NCBI GenBank assembly: GCA_031372065.1
Contig: JANMKN010000043.1
Coordinates: 1 to 64,000, forward strand
Direction: 5' to 3'
DNA: 64,000 nt
DNA from: Abditibacteriaceae bacterium
Lineage (GTDB): Bacteria; Armatimonadota; Abditibacteriia; Abditibacteriales; Abditibacteriaceae
In this document: piece by piece, positions 39,595 to 49,062 of the stretch
Position numbering within the stretch: the stretch's first letter is position 1
Layout of the letters: each line of letters starts with the position of its first letter
The notes under the pieces: model-generated
The model's input: only the letters and a program-made list of their open reading frames with translations
What the model was told of the DNA's origin: nothing
The model's database searches: none
Program-made: the position numbers and the translations under genes

Positions 39595-40530
39595 CTAAGG
39601 TGCTTTAAAGGAGTCGCGAATTTTCTGGGCGTCTTTGCTTCTATCTGTATCAATAATTTGATACAATCTGCTTCCTTTAGCAGCTACTACTGAATTGACT
39701 GCGGGAAGGGTTATATTTTGTCCATTCGCGCGAAACGTGGTGACAGGATTTTTTATATAGTAAGCCTTCATTCCACCCCATTTCCCCGGTGTGGTTAAGT
39801 GCTTAAGCGACGGGTTAGTGGCTTGCATACCCGCTTGCATCTGGCTCAACCGTTGAGCAAAACTACCTGGCCCTCCCACCGCGCCACTTGGTTTTTTACC
39901 GCTATACATCTCCAAAAACTGTTCCGCATTCTGTCCGGGCCAATTGGTAGTCTGTATGATGACGGCACCCTTACTACCCTTGCGCTGAAAAACATCAGTA
40001 TTGATATGTAATCCTGAAAATTCACTACTACCGCTGTTGACACGACGCCAACCGACAGGAATTTTGACAGAAGATTCATTGTCGGCCAGCTTCACTAAAC
40101 GTTCGCTGGCCACAAAATCGGTCACACTTCCCGGCGCTTGTCCGAAGATTACTGCTGCTTCTTTTGGTTGGCAGGTTGGGTCGGCGCGATAGCCACCCTC
40201 CTCGGCGTCGGCGCTGCCAGCAAAACCGATCACAATATCCGCCGACTGCTTGAGCATATTCGGGCAAGTTGCGCGGTGATAATAGGTGTCGAGTTGCGTC
40301 GAAACCACTTTCCACACGCCGCCCGCGATTTTGTAGCGGTCATCGCCCAAATAATGTTTCAGATAATTCTCAGGCGGATGATATTTCAACTGCGCGGCCA
40401 TTTTTGCCGACGGGCCTGACGGCGACTTGGTGCCAATTGTGGGGCCAGTCGGTGCATCTTGCGCGAAGGTTGGCGCTAAAGTCAGCGAAATCGCAGCGCC
40501 AAGCGTGAGGAGTGAAAAATGAAGTTTCAT
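39595..40530 (-). CDS. Secreted protein with Ada-metal-binding-like domain
   Basis: Signal peptide; YHRATC...IGF...AEEGGYRADPTCQP. Confidence 0.55.
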   Translation of the reverse strand: MKLHFSLLTLGAAISLTLAPTFAQDAPTGPTIGTKSPSGPSAKMAAQLKYHPPENYLKHYLGDDRYKIAGGVWKVVSTQLDTYYHRATCPNMLKQSADIVIGFAGSADAEEGGYRADPTCQPKEAAVIFGQAPGSVTDFVASERLVKLADNESSVKIPVGWRRVNSGSSEFSGLHINTDVFQRKGSKGAVIIQTTNWPGQNAEQFLEMYSGKKPSGAVGGPGSFAQRLSQMQAGMQATNPSLKHLTTPGKWGGMKAYYIKNPVTTFRANGQNITLPAVNSVVAAKGSRLYQIIDTDRSKDAQKIRDSFKAP

Positions 40531-40606
40531 AGCCGGATTTCACCTGTAAGGGAATACCAGAAACAAAGCGCCCGGCACGTTTTGCAGGCGGGCACTTGCA
40601 ACATCG

Positions 40607-41818
40607 TTACTGAATGGGACGGTTGCCCGAATTGGCCGGCACGTTGGCAAGGCTTCCGGCGCGATTGGAGAAGCTGCTGAACTCACCTTCGCGCCGATCG
40701 GTGTTGCCTGCTTGTAAGCCTGCCATTGGTGTAGAACCGCTGCCCGAACCCATTGATGAACCACCGGCTGGCGCACCGGAAAATTCGGACGAAAAGCCTG
40801 CGCCTGCGCCATTATTCAAGCTGGGGGGCGGTGGTGGCGGCCCGCCTACGCTGGTAGGCACGCTGCCTTCGCCCAGAGAGGCCAACAGCACTTTGTTAAT
40901 GGTGTCATCCAACATAGACGGTGTGCTGGGATAGCGGCGCTTATAATTATTCAAAATACCTGCGACTTGCGCGATATATTGATAATTACGCGTAAAGACA
41001 GCAGGCGAAACCTGACCGGCATACACGAATTCAATGTAGCGCGTCATGCCTTCGCCTTTGCTATAGCTCGCCATTTGTATCAATTGCGGCGCTGGTTCGG
41101 GCCGCGAAATGGGATCAGGGCGATAGCCTGCCATCATGGCATCGTGCCAAGTGCGGAAACCGATGACATGGTTGGGGTCGGCTTTCAGCATGGCGGCTGA
41201 CCACGGACGAAAATAAAAACGGCTGGTGCGAGTGGTCATGAAATTCCACAAGCCTGAAGTGATTTTGTAACGGTCTTCCTTCAGATAATGCGCCAGCCAG
41301 TTTTTAGGACGAATATCATATTTTTGCATCACAAGCCGCTTGCGTTGCGCCTCGCTCATGTTCTTAATTCTCTTGGACAACTCGGCCTGTCCACGCGGAG
41401 AACGGCTTTTGCCAATGGGCGACGGAATTTTGGGCATCGAACGTTGACCAGCCAGAAGTTCGCCCAATAAAGCGTCACCTCGTTGCAATCCATAAACGCG
41501 TGGCTTAGGCGGTGCGGGCGGCGCAGCCACCCCACCGGGGCCAACGCCGCGTCCCATTCCGCCTTCACCCATTGAAGGGTCGCCCATTTCGCCGGAGCCA
41601 GACCCCATGCCACTTGCGGATTGGCGTGCGCGGCGCCCTGTTTCCATCACGCCACTGCTGCTCATGCCGCTCATCGAAGACGATATGCCAGACGCCACGC
41701 CAACTCCACCCAACGATTCTTGTGCGTGCAGTCCGCCAGCCGTGAGGCTCAAAATGCCCAGTGCCGCACCGGGCATCAAAAGTTTTGAGAAAAATTGTTT
41801 CATTGCCATGATATTCAT
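40607..41818 (-). CDS. Secreted Gly/Ser/Met-rich protein with Ada-like domain, paralog of the downstream gene
   Basis: HYLKEDRYKITSGLW...FYFRPWS...IGF...AMMAGYRPDPISRP. Confidence 0.55.
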   Translation of the reverse strand: MNIMAMKQFFSKLLMPGAALGILSLTAGGLHAQESLGGVGVASGISSSMSGMSSSGVMETGRRARQSASGMGSGSGEMGDPSMGEGGMGRGVGPGGVAAPPAPPKPRVYGLQRGDALLGELLAGQRSMPKIPSPIGKSRSPRGQAELSKRIKNMSEAQRKRLVMQKYDIRPKNWLAHYLKEDRYKITSGLWNFMTTRTSRFYFRPWSAAMLKADPNHVIGFRTWHDAMMAGYRPDPISRPEPAPQLIQMASYSKGEGMTRYIEFVYAGQVSPAVFTRNYQYIAQVAGILNNYKRRYPSTPSMLDDTINKVLLASLGEGSVPTSVGGPPPPPPSLNNGAGAGFSSEFSGAPAGGSSMGSGSGSTPMAGLQAGNTDRREGEFSSFSNRAGSLANVPANSGNRPIQ

Positions 41819-42222
41819 GAAGTCTCCTGCGTGGAAAAGCTATCCCTTATTTTAGCAAGTTCTGTGGTTTAACGATTTGGAAGCGATAATGAGCGCAAAT
41901 TCGCCGCCGTGTGTTGCGCTAAGAGCGTTCCCTGTGGTGGCAGAGCGCTGTTGTATACTGCTGTGTGCATTTATCAAAAACCTCGTTCTGTGAGAACTTT
42001 CCTCACGATAAGGAGACTAATCACCTCTTAAACTCCCATTTGTGTAAGAAGCCAAAGTCCGCTCTCTTGACTTCTCTTGTCATCAAAAAGGAATTCTCAG
42101 TGTTGTTGAATGCAGTCCACAACTCACGGGGCGTGCGAGAGGCATATGCCACCCGCGTCGTATTACCATAGGCCCGCCAATGAAAAAAGTTGGCGAGCGA
42201 ATTGCTGCGAGGTGAAACCATA

Positions 42223-42537
42223 ATGAGCAACAAACACAACGCCATTGGGAACAAAGACCCTCTCTCGTCTGCTGACTCAACTTCTGAAAAACCGCACGAT
42301 GCGACGCATAACGTGCGGGAGCGCCATGCCAAAGATAACGGGGAAAAACAAGGCGCCCAACCCGTAGCGCGTCCGACCATAGCGCGTCCGGGAATTCCTT
42401 TTGTCACTTGCCCCGCTTGTAATACAGGCGATCTTTGCCCACGCCGCCGTAGTAGCTTGAAAGATTGGCTGGCGTTTCTTGTAGGGTTAAAGCCTTATCG
42501 CTGCAATCGGTGCAACGAGCGGAGTTATCGTCGTTAA
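42223..42537 (+). CDS. Small zinc-ribbon protein
   Basis: CPAC...PYRCNRC; gaggtg RBS upstream. Confidence 0.6.
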   Translation: MSNKHNAIGNKDPLSSADSTSEKPHDATHNVRERHAKDNGEKQGAQPVARPTIARPGIPFVTCPACNTGDLCPRRRSSLKDWLAFLVGLKPYRCNRCNERSYRR

Positions 42538-42541
42538 AACT

Positions 42542-42736
42542 ATGAAAAACAAACCGGACGCCGGTTGGACGCCTGAACAATGGGCGCAATTGAAAGTGGC
42601 TCTACATACGCCATTGCGCTTGCGCACTGTGGCTCAAAGCCGTCTAATTTTTTATTGGCGTGAAGGACACGGTTTTCGCTCCACAAAAGAAGTTTGGAAT
42701 TGGCGCGAACGCGGTTTGCCGGAGCCGGAATCGTAA
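42542..42736 (+). CDS. Small hypothetical protein
   Basis: 64 aa, 4 bp after the previous stop, followed by a terminator. Confidence 0.5.
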   Translation: MKNKPDAGWTPEQWAQLKVALHTPLRLRTVAQSRLIFYWREGHGFRSTKEVWNWRERGLPEPES

Positions 42737-42760
42737 ACTCAATCCTAAAAGGCAAAAATA

Positions 42761-42799
42761 AAAAGGACTCTCTACTCGAAAGTAGAAAGTCCTTTTTTT
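42761..42799. terminator. Bidirectional terminator
   Basis: aaaaggactctctact-cgaa-agtagaaagtcctttt. Confidence 0.75.
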
Positions 42800-42811
42800 G
42801 TTTTTGCGGAT

Positions 42812-43018
42812 TTATCGAATTGGTTTGACGTTGGCAGCGCGCAAACCTTTTTCATCGCTGTTGATGTCGAATTCGACTTTGGCGCCCTCTTGCAAGGAAC
42901 GATAGCCGTCCGATTGGATCGCGCTCTGATGGACGAAAACGTCTGCTCCGCCATCTTCCTGCTCGATGAAGCCGAAGCCCTTCGAGTCGTTAAACCATTT
43001 CACTACACCTTTAGCCAT
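42812..43018 (-). CDS. cspA: Cold-shock protein
   Basis: [23 protein letters not shown] motifs; exact paralog name uncertain. Confidence 0.92.
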   Translation of the reverse strand: MAKGVVKWFNDSKGFGFIEQEDGGADVFVHQSAIQSDGYRSLQEGAKVEFDINSDEKGLRAANVKPIR

Positions 43019-43283
43019 GAGGCCCTCCTGTGTGTCGCCAGTCTTGCGTTGGGCCTGGCTCACCTAAATGTTCAAGGACGCTGCACGCTAATTGATCGAC
43101 AAATTTAAATTGGGTTTTTGTCAAAACCTCGCCTTCAACGTCTCGACATATAGATCGTTCCTTTTATTTTCAGTTTTTCCAAATAATTTTGGAGAACGCC
43201 TTCAACACCTCGCAAAACAGTTCGCGCCGTCATAGAAATACGGCACACTAAGCAACGAACTCAATTCAGAAAGCTAAATTTCA

Positions 43284-44054
43284 ATGCGAATTTTATTAAC
43301 AAATGATGATGGCATTCATGCCGATGGTCTGCACGCTTTGTGGCGCGCTTTAAATGCCGCTGGACACGACGTTTTCGTCTGCGTTCCTGACCGCCAGCGT
43401 TCGGCTTGTGGGCACGGCATCACTATGCACGAGCCGTTGCGCGCCAAAGAAGTAAAAACGCCCGATGGCACAGCGTGGGCTTGTTCGGGGTTGCCCGCCG
43501 ATTGCGTGCCGTTGGCGATTTTGCAACTAATGAATGCTCATCCAGAAGTTGTCATCAGCGGTATTAATCTGGGGCCAAATTTAGGCGACGATGTGCATTA
43601 TTCGGGCACCGTCGCAGGCGCGATGGAAGGTTTGCTCAATGGCATTCCCAGCATGGCGATTTCGTTAGCCGATTATGAAAATCCGCTTTGGGAAATTGCC
43701 GCGCAATTCGCGGTGCAATTCGCGCCGCAATTGGCCGCTTTGAAGTTGCCTCCAGACACTTTTGTCAATGTAAATGTGCCCAACGTGCCTCAAGATGAAA
43801 TTCGCGGCGTAAAAATCACCACGCAAGGCAGCCGCCGCTATAAAGGCGACATTGTGCGCTATGAGGCGCCGCATATTGGCGTGTATTATTGGCGCGGCGG
43901 CGAGGTTATGGACCGGCCCGACAGTGGCGAAAGTGATATTTCAGCGGTTAAAGACAATTATATTGCGGTCACGCCGCTGCACGTTGATTTGTCTAATGTC
44001 CCAGCGCACGCAGCCTTACAAAAGCTATTTGGAAATTCCTCAGAAATCGTTTGA
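43284..44054 (+). CDS. surE: 5'/3'-nucleotidase SurE
   Basis: MRILLTNDDGI, SGINLGPNLG, YSGTVAGA. Confidence 0.96.
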   Translation: MRILLTNDDGIHADGLHALWRALNAAGHDVFVCVPDRQRSACGHGITMHEPLRAKEVKTPDGTAWACSGLPADCVPLAILQLMNAHPEVVISGINLGPNLGDDVHYSGTVAGAMEGLLNGIPSMAISLADYENPLWEIAAQFAVQFAPQLAALKLPPDTFVNVNVPNVPQDEIRGVKITTQGSRRYKGDIVRYEAPHIGVYYWRGGEVMDRPDSGESDISAVKDNYIAVTPLHVDLSNVPAHAALQKLFGNSSEIV

Positions 44055-44166
44055 ACTTCGCTGGCGTGCTTCTTTTGTTTCTTGGGCGAATGTAACAACT
44101 CTTTGAGCGATTCGGCATGGCCTGAAACCATCAATTTGTAGGGCAATCGGTCAAAACTATTCACTC

Positions 44167-46602
44167 ATGAAAAGCAGAAAAACCGTGTGCAAAATGGCTT
44201 TGTTGCCCGTTGTTATGGGCGTCGCAGCGGCTTTGAGTGCCGACGAAGCCAAACCGCGCAGCATATCGGGCATTTATCCGCATTTGGCGATGTTCAATGA
44301 TGAAGGCGAATGTGGAACCGGCGCGGTTGTGCCGTGGGCGGGCAAATTGTGGGTTGTCACTTACGCGCCGCATCAGCCCAAAGGCTCGTCCGATAAATTG
44401 TATGAAATCACGCCCTCTTTGCAGCAGATTATCCGCCCCGAAAGCATCGGCGGCACGCCTGCCAATCGCCTGATTCACCGCGAATCGAATCAGCTTTTCA
44501 TCGGCCCCTATGCCATTGATGCAAGGGGAAAAGTGCGCACGATTCCCTATGCGCAAATGTTCGGTCGGCCCACAGGAAACGCGCGCCATTTGTTCGATCC
44601 GGCAAATAAAATCTATTGCGCGACGATGGAAGAAGGCGTTTATGAAATTAATGTCAAAACGCTGGAAGTCAAAGAATTATGGGCCGATGAGGCCAAAAAA
44701 GAAGGCCGCCATTCCGATTTGCCGGGCTATCACGGCAAAGGTTTTTATGCCGGGCAAAATCGCCTTATTTACGCCAATAACGGCGACCACGCGGCGGCAG
44801 CTTTAACCAATCCAACGGTGCCATCGGGTGTGTTAGCCGAGTGGGACGGCAAGGCCGATAAGTGGAACATTGTGCGGCGCAATCAATTTACCGAAGTGAC
44901 TGGCCCCGGCGGAATTTACGGCAACGAACATCCCGAAACCGACCCGATTTGGGCCGTTGGTTGGGATCATCGCTCGTTGATTTTGCAAGTGCTGGATAAA
45001 GGCGCGTGGCACACGTTTCGCTTGCCCAAAGGCTCGCATTCTTACGATGGCGCGCATGGTTGGAACACCGAATGGCCGCGTATTCGGGAAGTTGGCGAAG
45101 GTGATTTGCTGATGACCATGCACGGCACATTTTGGCATTTCCCGAAGACGTTTTCGGCTGAAAATTCTTCTGGCATCGCGCCTCGCTCCAATTACATCAA
45201 GGTGATTGGCGACTTTGCGCGCTGGAACGACAAAATCGTTTTCGGCTGCGACGACACGGCTAAATCCGAATTTTTGAATAAGCGCAAAGTCAAAGGCGAG
45301 ATCGCCGGGCCGGGACGCTCGCAATCGAATTTATGGTTCGTCGAACCGGCAAATCTCGACAAAATCGGCCCGCTGATCGGGCGCGGCGGCGTGTGGGTCA
45401 ATGATGCCGTAAAGGCGAACGCGCCGAGCGATGCGTTTTTGTTTGATGGCTACGATTTTCGCGCGTTGCACTTGTCTCACGACAACGCGCATCCCGTTGT
45501 TTTTACTCTCGAAGTAGATAAAACCGGCAACGGCCACTGGACGAAATTGCGCGGTGTTTTGGTGCCTGCCAAAGGCTACGCGTGGACAGCCTTTTTGCCC
45601 AACGAAAGCGGCGTTTGGCTGCGCCTCAAAACCGACCGCGACTGCCAAAGCGCGACGGCGTTTTTTCAATATCGCGACGAAGATAAGCGCACCAATGAAG
45701 ACGACAAAATGTTCGACGGCCTCGCTGAAATTGGCGATGCTAAGGTAAACGGCGGTCTGCTGGCGGTGCGTGGCGCCGATTTTAAAACGCTGCGTTTTGT
45801 AGCCTCCGATGCCAAAGGCGAACTGGGCGTTTACGATTTGGGTGGCGATTTGAAATTGCAAAAAGCCAACGATCCCGAAGGCATGGCATGGACAAAAAAG
45901 AACTTCGCCATTCCACAAAATGTGCTGACAATTGATGGCGCCTCGGTGCTTTATGACGATGGCAAAAATCGCTGGCGCTTGCCCAAAGGCGATTCCGCTT
46001 TCGATGCGCCCGGCGCGCTGGGGAATGAGCGCATTGACCGCGAAGTTTGCACCGAACGCGATTTATTCAATGCGGCAGGCACCTTTTTCGAATTGCCTGC
46101 CGAAAACGCCGGTGGTTTCGCTAAAATTCGGCCCATCGCCACGCACAATCGCCGCCTCAAGGATTACGCCAGTTACAGAGGAATGTTGGCAATTTCCGGC
46201 CTCGAAAACAGCGCGCAAGGCGAACATATTGTGCGCTCGGACGATGGCAAATGCGCGTTGTGGCTGGGCGCAGTGGACGATTTATGGAAACTCGGTAAGC
46301 CTCGCGGCTTGGGCGGGCCGTGGAAAAACAGCGCAGTTAAAGCCAATGTGCCGAGCGACCCGTATTTAATGACCGCTTACGATAAAAAACGCGTGGCGCT
46401 TTCGCACGAATCGGCAGCGCCAGTCAAAATGCGCCTTGAAATTGACCCGACAGGTAGTGGCGATTGGGTAACTTATCAGGAATTTATCGTCGCGCCGAAT
46501 CAGACTTTGCAACACATTTTTCCGCAAGCCTTCAGTGCTTATTGGGCGCGCCTTGTAAGCGACAAAGACACAATGGCCACGGCGATTTTTACTTACGAAT
46601 AA
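44167..46602 (+). CDS. Large secreted hypothetical protein, probable beta-propeller
   Basis: 811 aa, signal peptide, Trp/Gly-rich; no motif recognised. Confidence 0.7.
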   Translation: MKSRKTVCKMALLPVVMGVAAALSADEAKPRSISGIYPHLAMFNDEGECGTGAVVPWAGKLWVVTYAPHQPKGSSDKLYEITPSLQQIIRPESIGGTPANRLIHRESNQLFIGPYAIDARGKVRTIPYAQMFGRPTGNARHLFDPANKIYCATMEEGVYEINVKTLEVKELWADEAKKEGRHSDLPGYHGKGFYAGQNRLIYANNGDHAAAALTNPTVPSGVLAEWDGKADKWNIVRRNQFTEVTGPGGIYGNEHPETDPIWAVGWDHRSLILQVLDKGAWHTFRLPKGSHSYDGAHGWNTEWPRIREVGEGDLLMTMHGTFWHFPKTFSAENSSGIAPRSNYIKVIGDFARWNDKIVFGCDDTAKSEFLNKRKVKGEIAGPGRSQSNLWFVEPANLDKIGPLIGRGGVWVNDAVKANAPSDAFLFDGYDFRALHLSHDNAHPVVFTLEVDKTGNGHWTKLRGVLVPAKGYAWTAFLPNESGVWLRLKTDRDCQSATAFFQYRDEDKRTNEDDKMFDGLAEIGDAKVNGGLLAVRGADFKTLRFVASDAKGELGVYDLGGDLKLQKANDPEGMAWTKKNFAIPQNVLTIDGASVLYDDGKNRWRLPKGDSAFDAPGALGNERIDREVCTERDLFNAAGTFFELPAENAGGFAKIRPIATHNRRLKDYASYRGMLAISGLENSAQGEHIVRSDDGKCALWLGAVDDLWKLGKPRGLGGPWKNSAVKANVPSDPYLMTAYDKKRVALSHESAAPVKMRLEIDPTGSGDWVTYQEFIVAPNQTLQHIFPQAFSAYWARLVSDKDTMATAIFTYE

Positions 46603-46606
46603 AATT

Positions 46607-47275
46607 TCAAGAAGGCGCGCGCGAGGTGTTATCGTCGGCGAATTCGACATCGCTGTAAACGTCGTCAATTGATAGCTGGCATGAAATAAAAGGCAGTTCG
46701 AGAGTGCCTTGTGATACGCTTTGCCACAGCCATGAGCCATCGTTTTGCTTGGTGTAAATTTCGAGATAACGCTTGTCTTGCGCCACCAAAACATACATTT
46801 GCAGCGAGGCGATTTTTTGATAGTGCGCCCATTTATCGCCGCGATCATAACTGGCGGTTGATTTGGAAAGCACCTCGAAAATAATCGCCGGGTTGAGCAG
46901 CAACTCTTCGTCGTCAATTTCAATCGGTGCGCAGGCAATGGTTAAATCGGGGTAGCAATAAAGGCCCGTCGCGGTCAGGCGCACTTTTAAGTCGCTGTTG
47001 AAAGGACGGCAACTTTTGCCGCGCAGTTGGCTGCCAATTGCCAGAAAAAGATTGCCGCCGATGATGGCGTGTTTGGAACTGCCGCCCGCCATCGCTTCGA
47101 GGCCTTTGCCAGAGAGGAAATCTAAAATTTCCCGCCGCGTCAGCAAGCGATCCGGCTCGCCGACGGGCCAAACCATGCCGTTGAAATACTCGTATTTCCA
47201 CTCGGCGCGGCGATCAAATTCCAAATACTCTTCGACAGGGACAAAATCGGGCTTGAATGGAGTGTGGGCGACCAT
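46607..47275 (-). CDS. Uma2 family endonuclease
   Basis: KYEYFNG, AMAGGS..H, YPDL, FEVLS.ST..YDRG.K...Y. Confidence 0.92.
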   Translation of the reverse strand: MVAHTPFKPDFVPVEEYLEFDRRAEWKYEYFNGMVWPVGEPDRLLTRREILDFLSGKGLEAMAGGSSKHAIIGGNLFLAIGSQLRGKSCRPFNSDLKVRLTATGLYCYPDLTIACAPIEIDDEELLLNPAIIFEVLSKSTASYDRGDKWAHYQKIASLQMYVLVAQDKRYLEIYTKQNDGSWLWQSVSQGTLELPFISCQLSIDDVYSDVEFADDNTSRAPS

Positions 47276-47308
47276 AACTGAACCTCTGAGATAAGTAAAA
47301 CAAAACCT

Positions 47309-48775
47309 CTATGCTACAGGCGCCGCAGGCGAAAGCGGCAAGCAGATTTCGATTTCCAAGCCGCCGCCTTGCGCGTTGCGCGCTCGGACGGTGCCGTTGT
47401 GGGCGCTGACGGCGCGTTGTGTAATCGCCAAACCCAAACCCGCGCCGCCGCTTTGACGGTCGCGCGCCTGCGCCACGCGATAAAAAGGACGAAACAGGTT
47501 TTCCAATTCTTCGTGTGGCACGCCCGGCCCGTGGTCGCGAACGGTAATGATCGCGTTTGATTTGTCCTCTTGACACATCAAATTGAGAATCACGCTGCTG
47601 TTTTCTGCTGTATAACGCAAGGCATTGCGCGCCACATTTTCGATGGCGCTGCGCAACAGTTCTTGGTCGCCGGCTACGATGCAGTCATCGCATTGCGCGA
47701 TTTGCACGCGCTTGTTTTTATTTTGCGCTTCGAAATCGGCGTCGGCGGCGATTTCATTCAATAAAAGGGCGAGATTGACGGCTTCGTTTTTGTGCTGCTT
47801 CGCGCTGCTTTCCAAGCGCGAAAGTGTCAGCAGTTGCCCGATTAAGGCATCAAGACGCTGCGTTTCGCTGCTAATGCGGCCTAAATCGTCGTCGAGTTCA
47901 TCCAATTTGCCGGTTGCGGCATGATGCAGCGCCAAATCGTGCGCCACATTGAGGCGCGCCAGCGGCGAACGCAATTCGTGTGAAATATCGCCGAGCAAGC
48001 GCGTTTGCGAAAGCAGCAAACTTTGCAGTTGCTCGGCCATGAAATCGAAATCGCGCGCCAACACGCCCAATTCGTCTTTGCGTTTGTCTAAATCGCTGCC
48101 CATGCGCGCTTCCAATTCGCCCGAAGCCAAGCGGCGCGCGGTGCTTTGCAGTTGTGTAATCGGCGCCGTCAGATGACGCGCCAAGAAAAAGCAAATCAAG
48201 CCTGTCGTGAGGAAAACCGCGCTGCCGCGCAGCAATTGCGTGGGCCACGGGGCGCGCAAAACACGTTCGATGCGCGTCCACGCGTTGCGCGGCACGCCGG
48301 AACTTAGCTCGGCAGCGACGAGATACCAATGGCCGCGTCCATCGTTTGTCCAACGCGCGCCCGCAACGCCGTCGTTGAGCGCCGTCCATTGAATTTCCGA
48401 GTCCGCCGAATCTTGGGGAAGGCCTGCCGTGCGCAATTGTTTGACGAGGGCGCGCACACGTTTGGGCACATCTTGAACATTAACCTCGACACCCTGATTA
48501 TCGAACAGCCAGAGTTTTAAAAGGCCATCGTGTTTGCGCCGCTCGCCACGCCGCAGGCGGTTGAAGTAAGTCATCACGGCGCGCGATCCTTTGCGCGCAT
48601 AATCTTCGGCAGCGCTGGCGCCGGAAATGTCCAGCACTTCTTCCAAACGCGCCTTTTGCACGTGCGAATTGCTGTCGGGCTGCGTGACGGCCACCGCCAA
48701 AACTACCACCAAGCCAACCGTCGCCATCGCCAACCAATACCACACGAAAATTTTGAAATAAAGGTTGCTGACCAT
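47309..48775 (-). CDS. Membrane sensor histidine kinase with HAMP (CpxA-like)
   Basis: 2 TM; DELG.LA..F; ISHELRSPL; EN..RNALRY; D.GPG; GAGLGL. Confidence 0.9.
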   Translation of the reverse strand: MVSNLYFKIFVWYWLAMATVGLVVVLAVAVTQPDSNSHVQKARLEEVLDISGASAAEDYARKGSRAVMTYFNRLRRGERRKHDGLLKLWLFDNQGVEVNVQDVPKRVRALVKQLRTAGLPQDSADSEIQWTALNDGVAGARWTNDGRGHWYLVAAELSSGVPRNAWTRIERVLRAPWPTQLLRGSAVFLTTGLICFFLARHLTAPITQLQSTARRLASGELEARMGSDLDKRKDELGVLARDFDFMAEQLQSLLLSQTRLLGDISHELRSPLARLNVAHDLALHHAATGKLDELDDDLGRISSETQRLDALIGQLLTLSRLESSAKQHKNEAVNLALLLNEIAADADFEAQNKNKRVQIAQCDDCIVAGDQELLRSAIENVARNALRYTAENSSVILNLMCQEDKSNAIITVRDHGPGVPHEELENLFRPFYRVAQARDRQSGGAGLGLAITQRAVSAHNGTVRARNAQGGGLEIEICLPLSPAAPVA

Positions 48776-48881
48776 GATAATGTTCGCCAAAACGATGCTT
48801 TTAAAGTATGCCGTATCAGCCCAAAACCGCGCGTGGGAGACGTTTTATTAGTGAAAAGGGGCGTTTTTCGCCGTTTTGACC

Positions 48882-48966
48882 CCTTGCACGTGCTGCGGAA
48901 TGCCTAACCGGAGCGGTCAGAGGCCTTGCAGCAGCTTCGGAGTGCCTAACCGGAGCGGTTAGAGCC
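48882..48966. repeat. Two 42-bp direct repeats with internal hairpin
   Basis: ccttgca at 48882/48924; tgcctaaccggagcggt at 48901/48943. Confidence 0.75.
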
Positions 48967-49062
48967 TCCAAAACACCTTGTCCGCGAAAATAACCGTCGG
49001 AAGGCTGGCAAAAATGCCATAATTAGCTTTGTAGCAGCAATTTTACGAAGATAGGGATCGGC

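Noticed and set aside
46607..47275. Uma2 (and YraN) as a defence system
   Set aside because: Common stand-alone genes; no methylase or partner nearby
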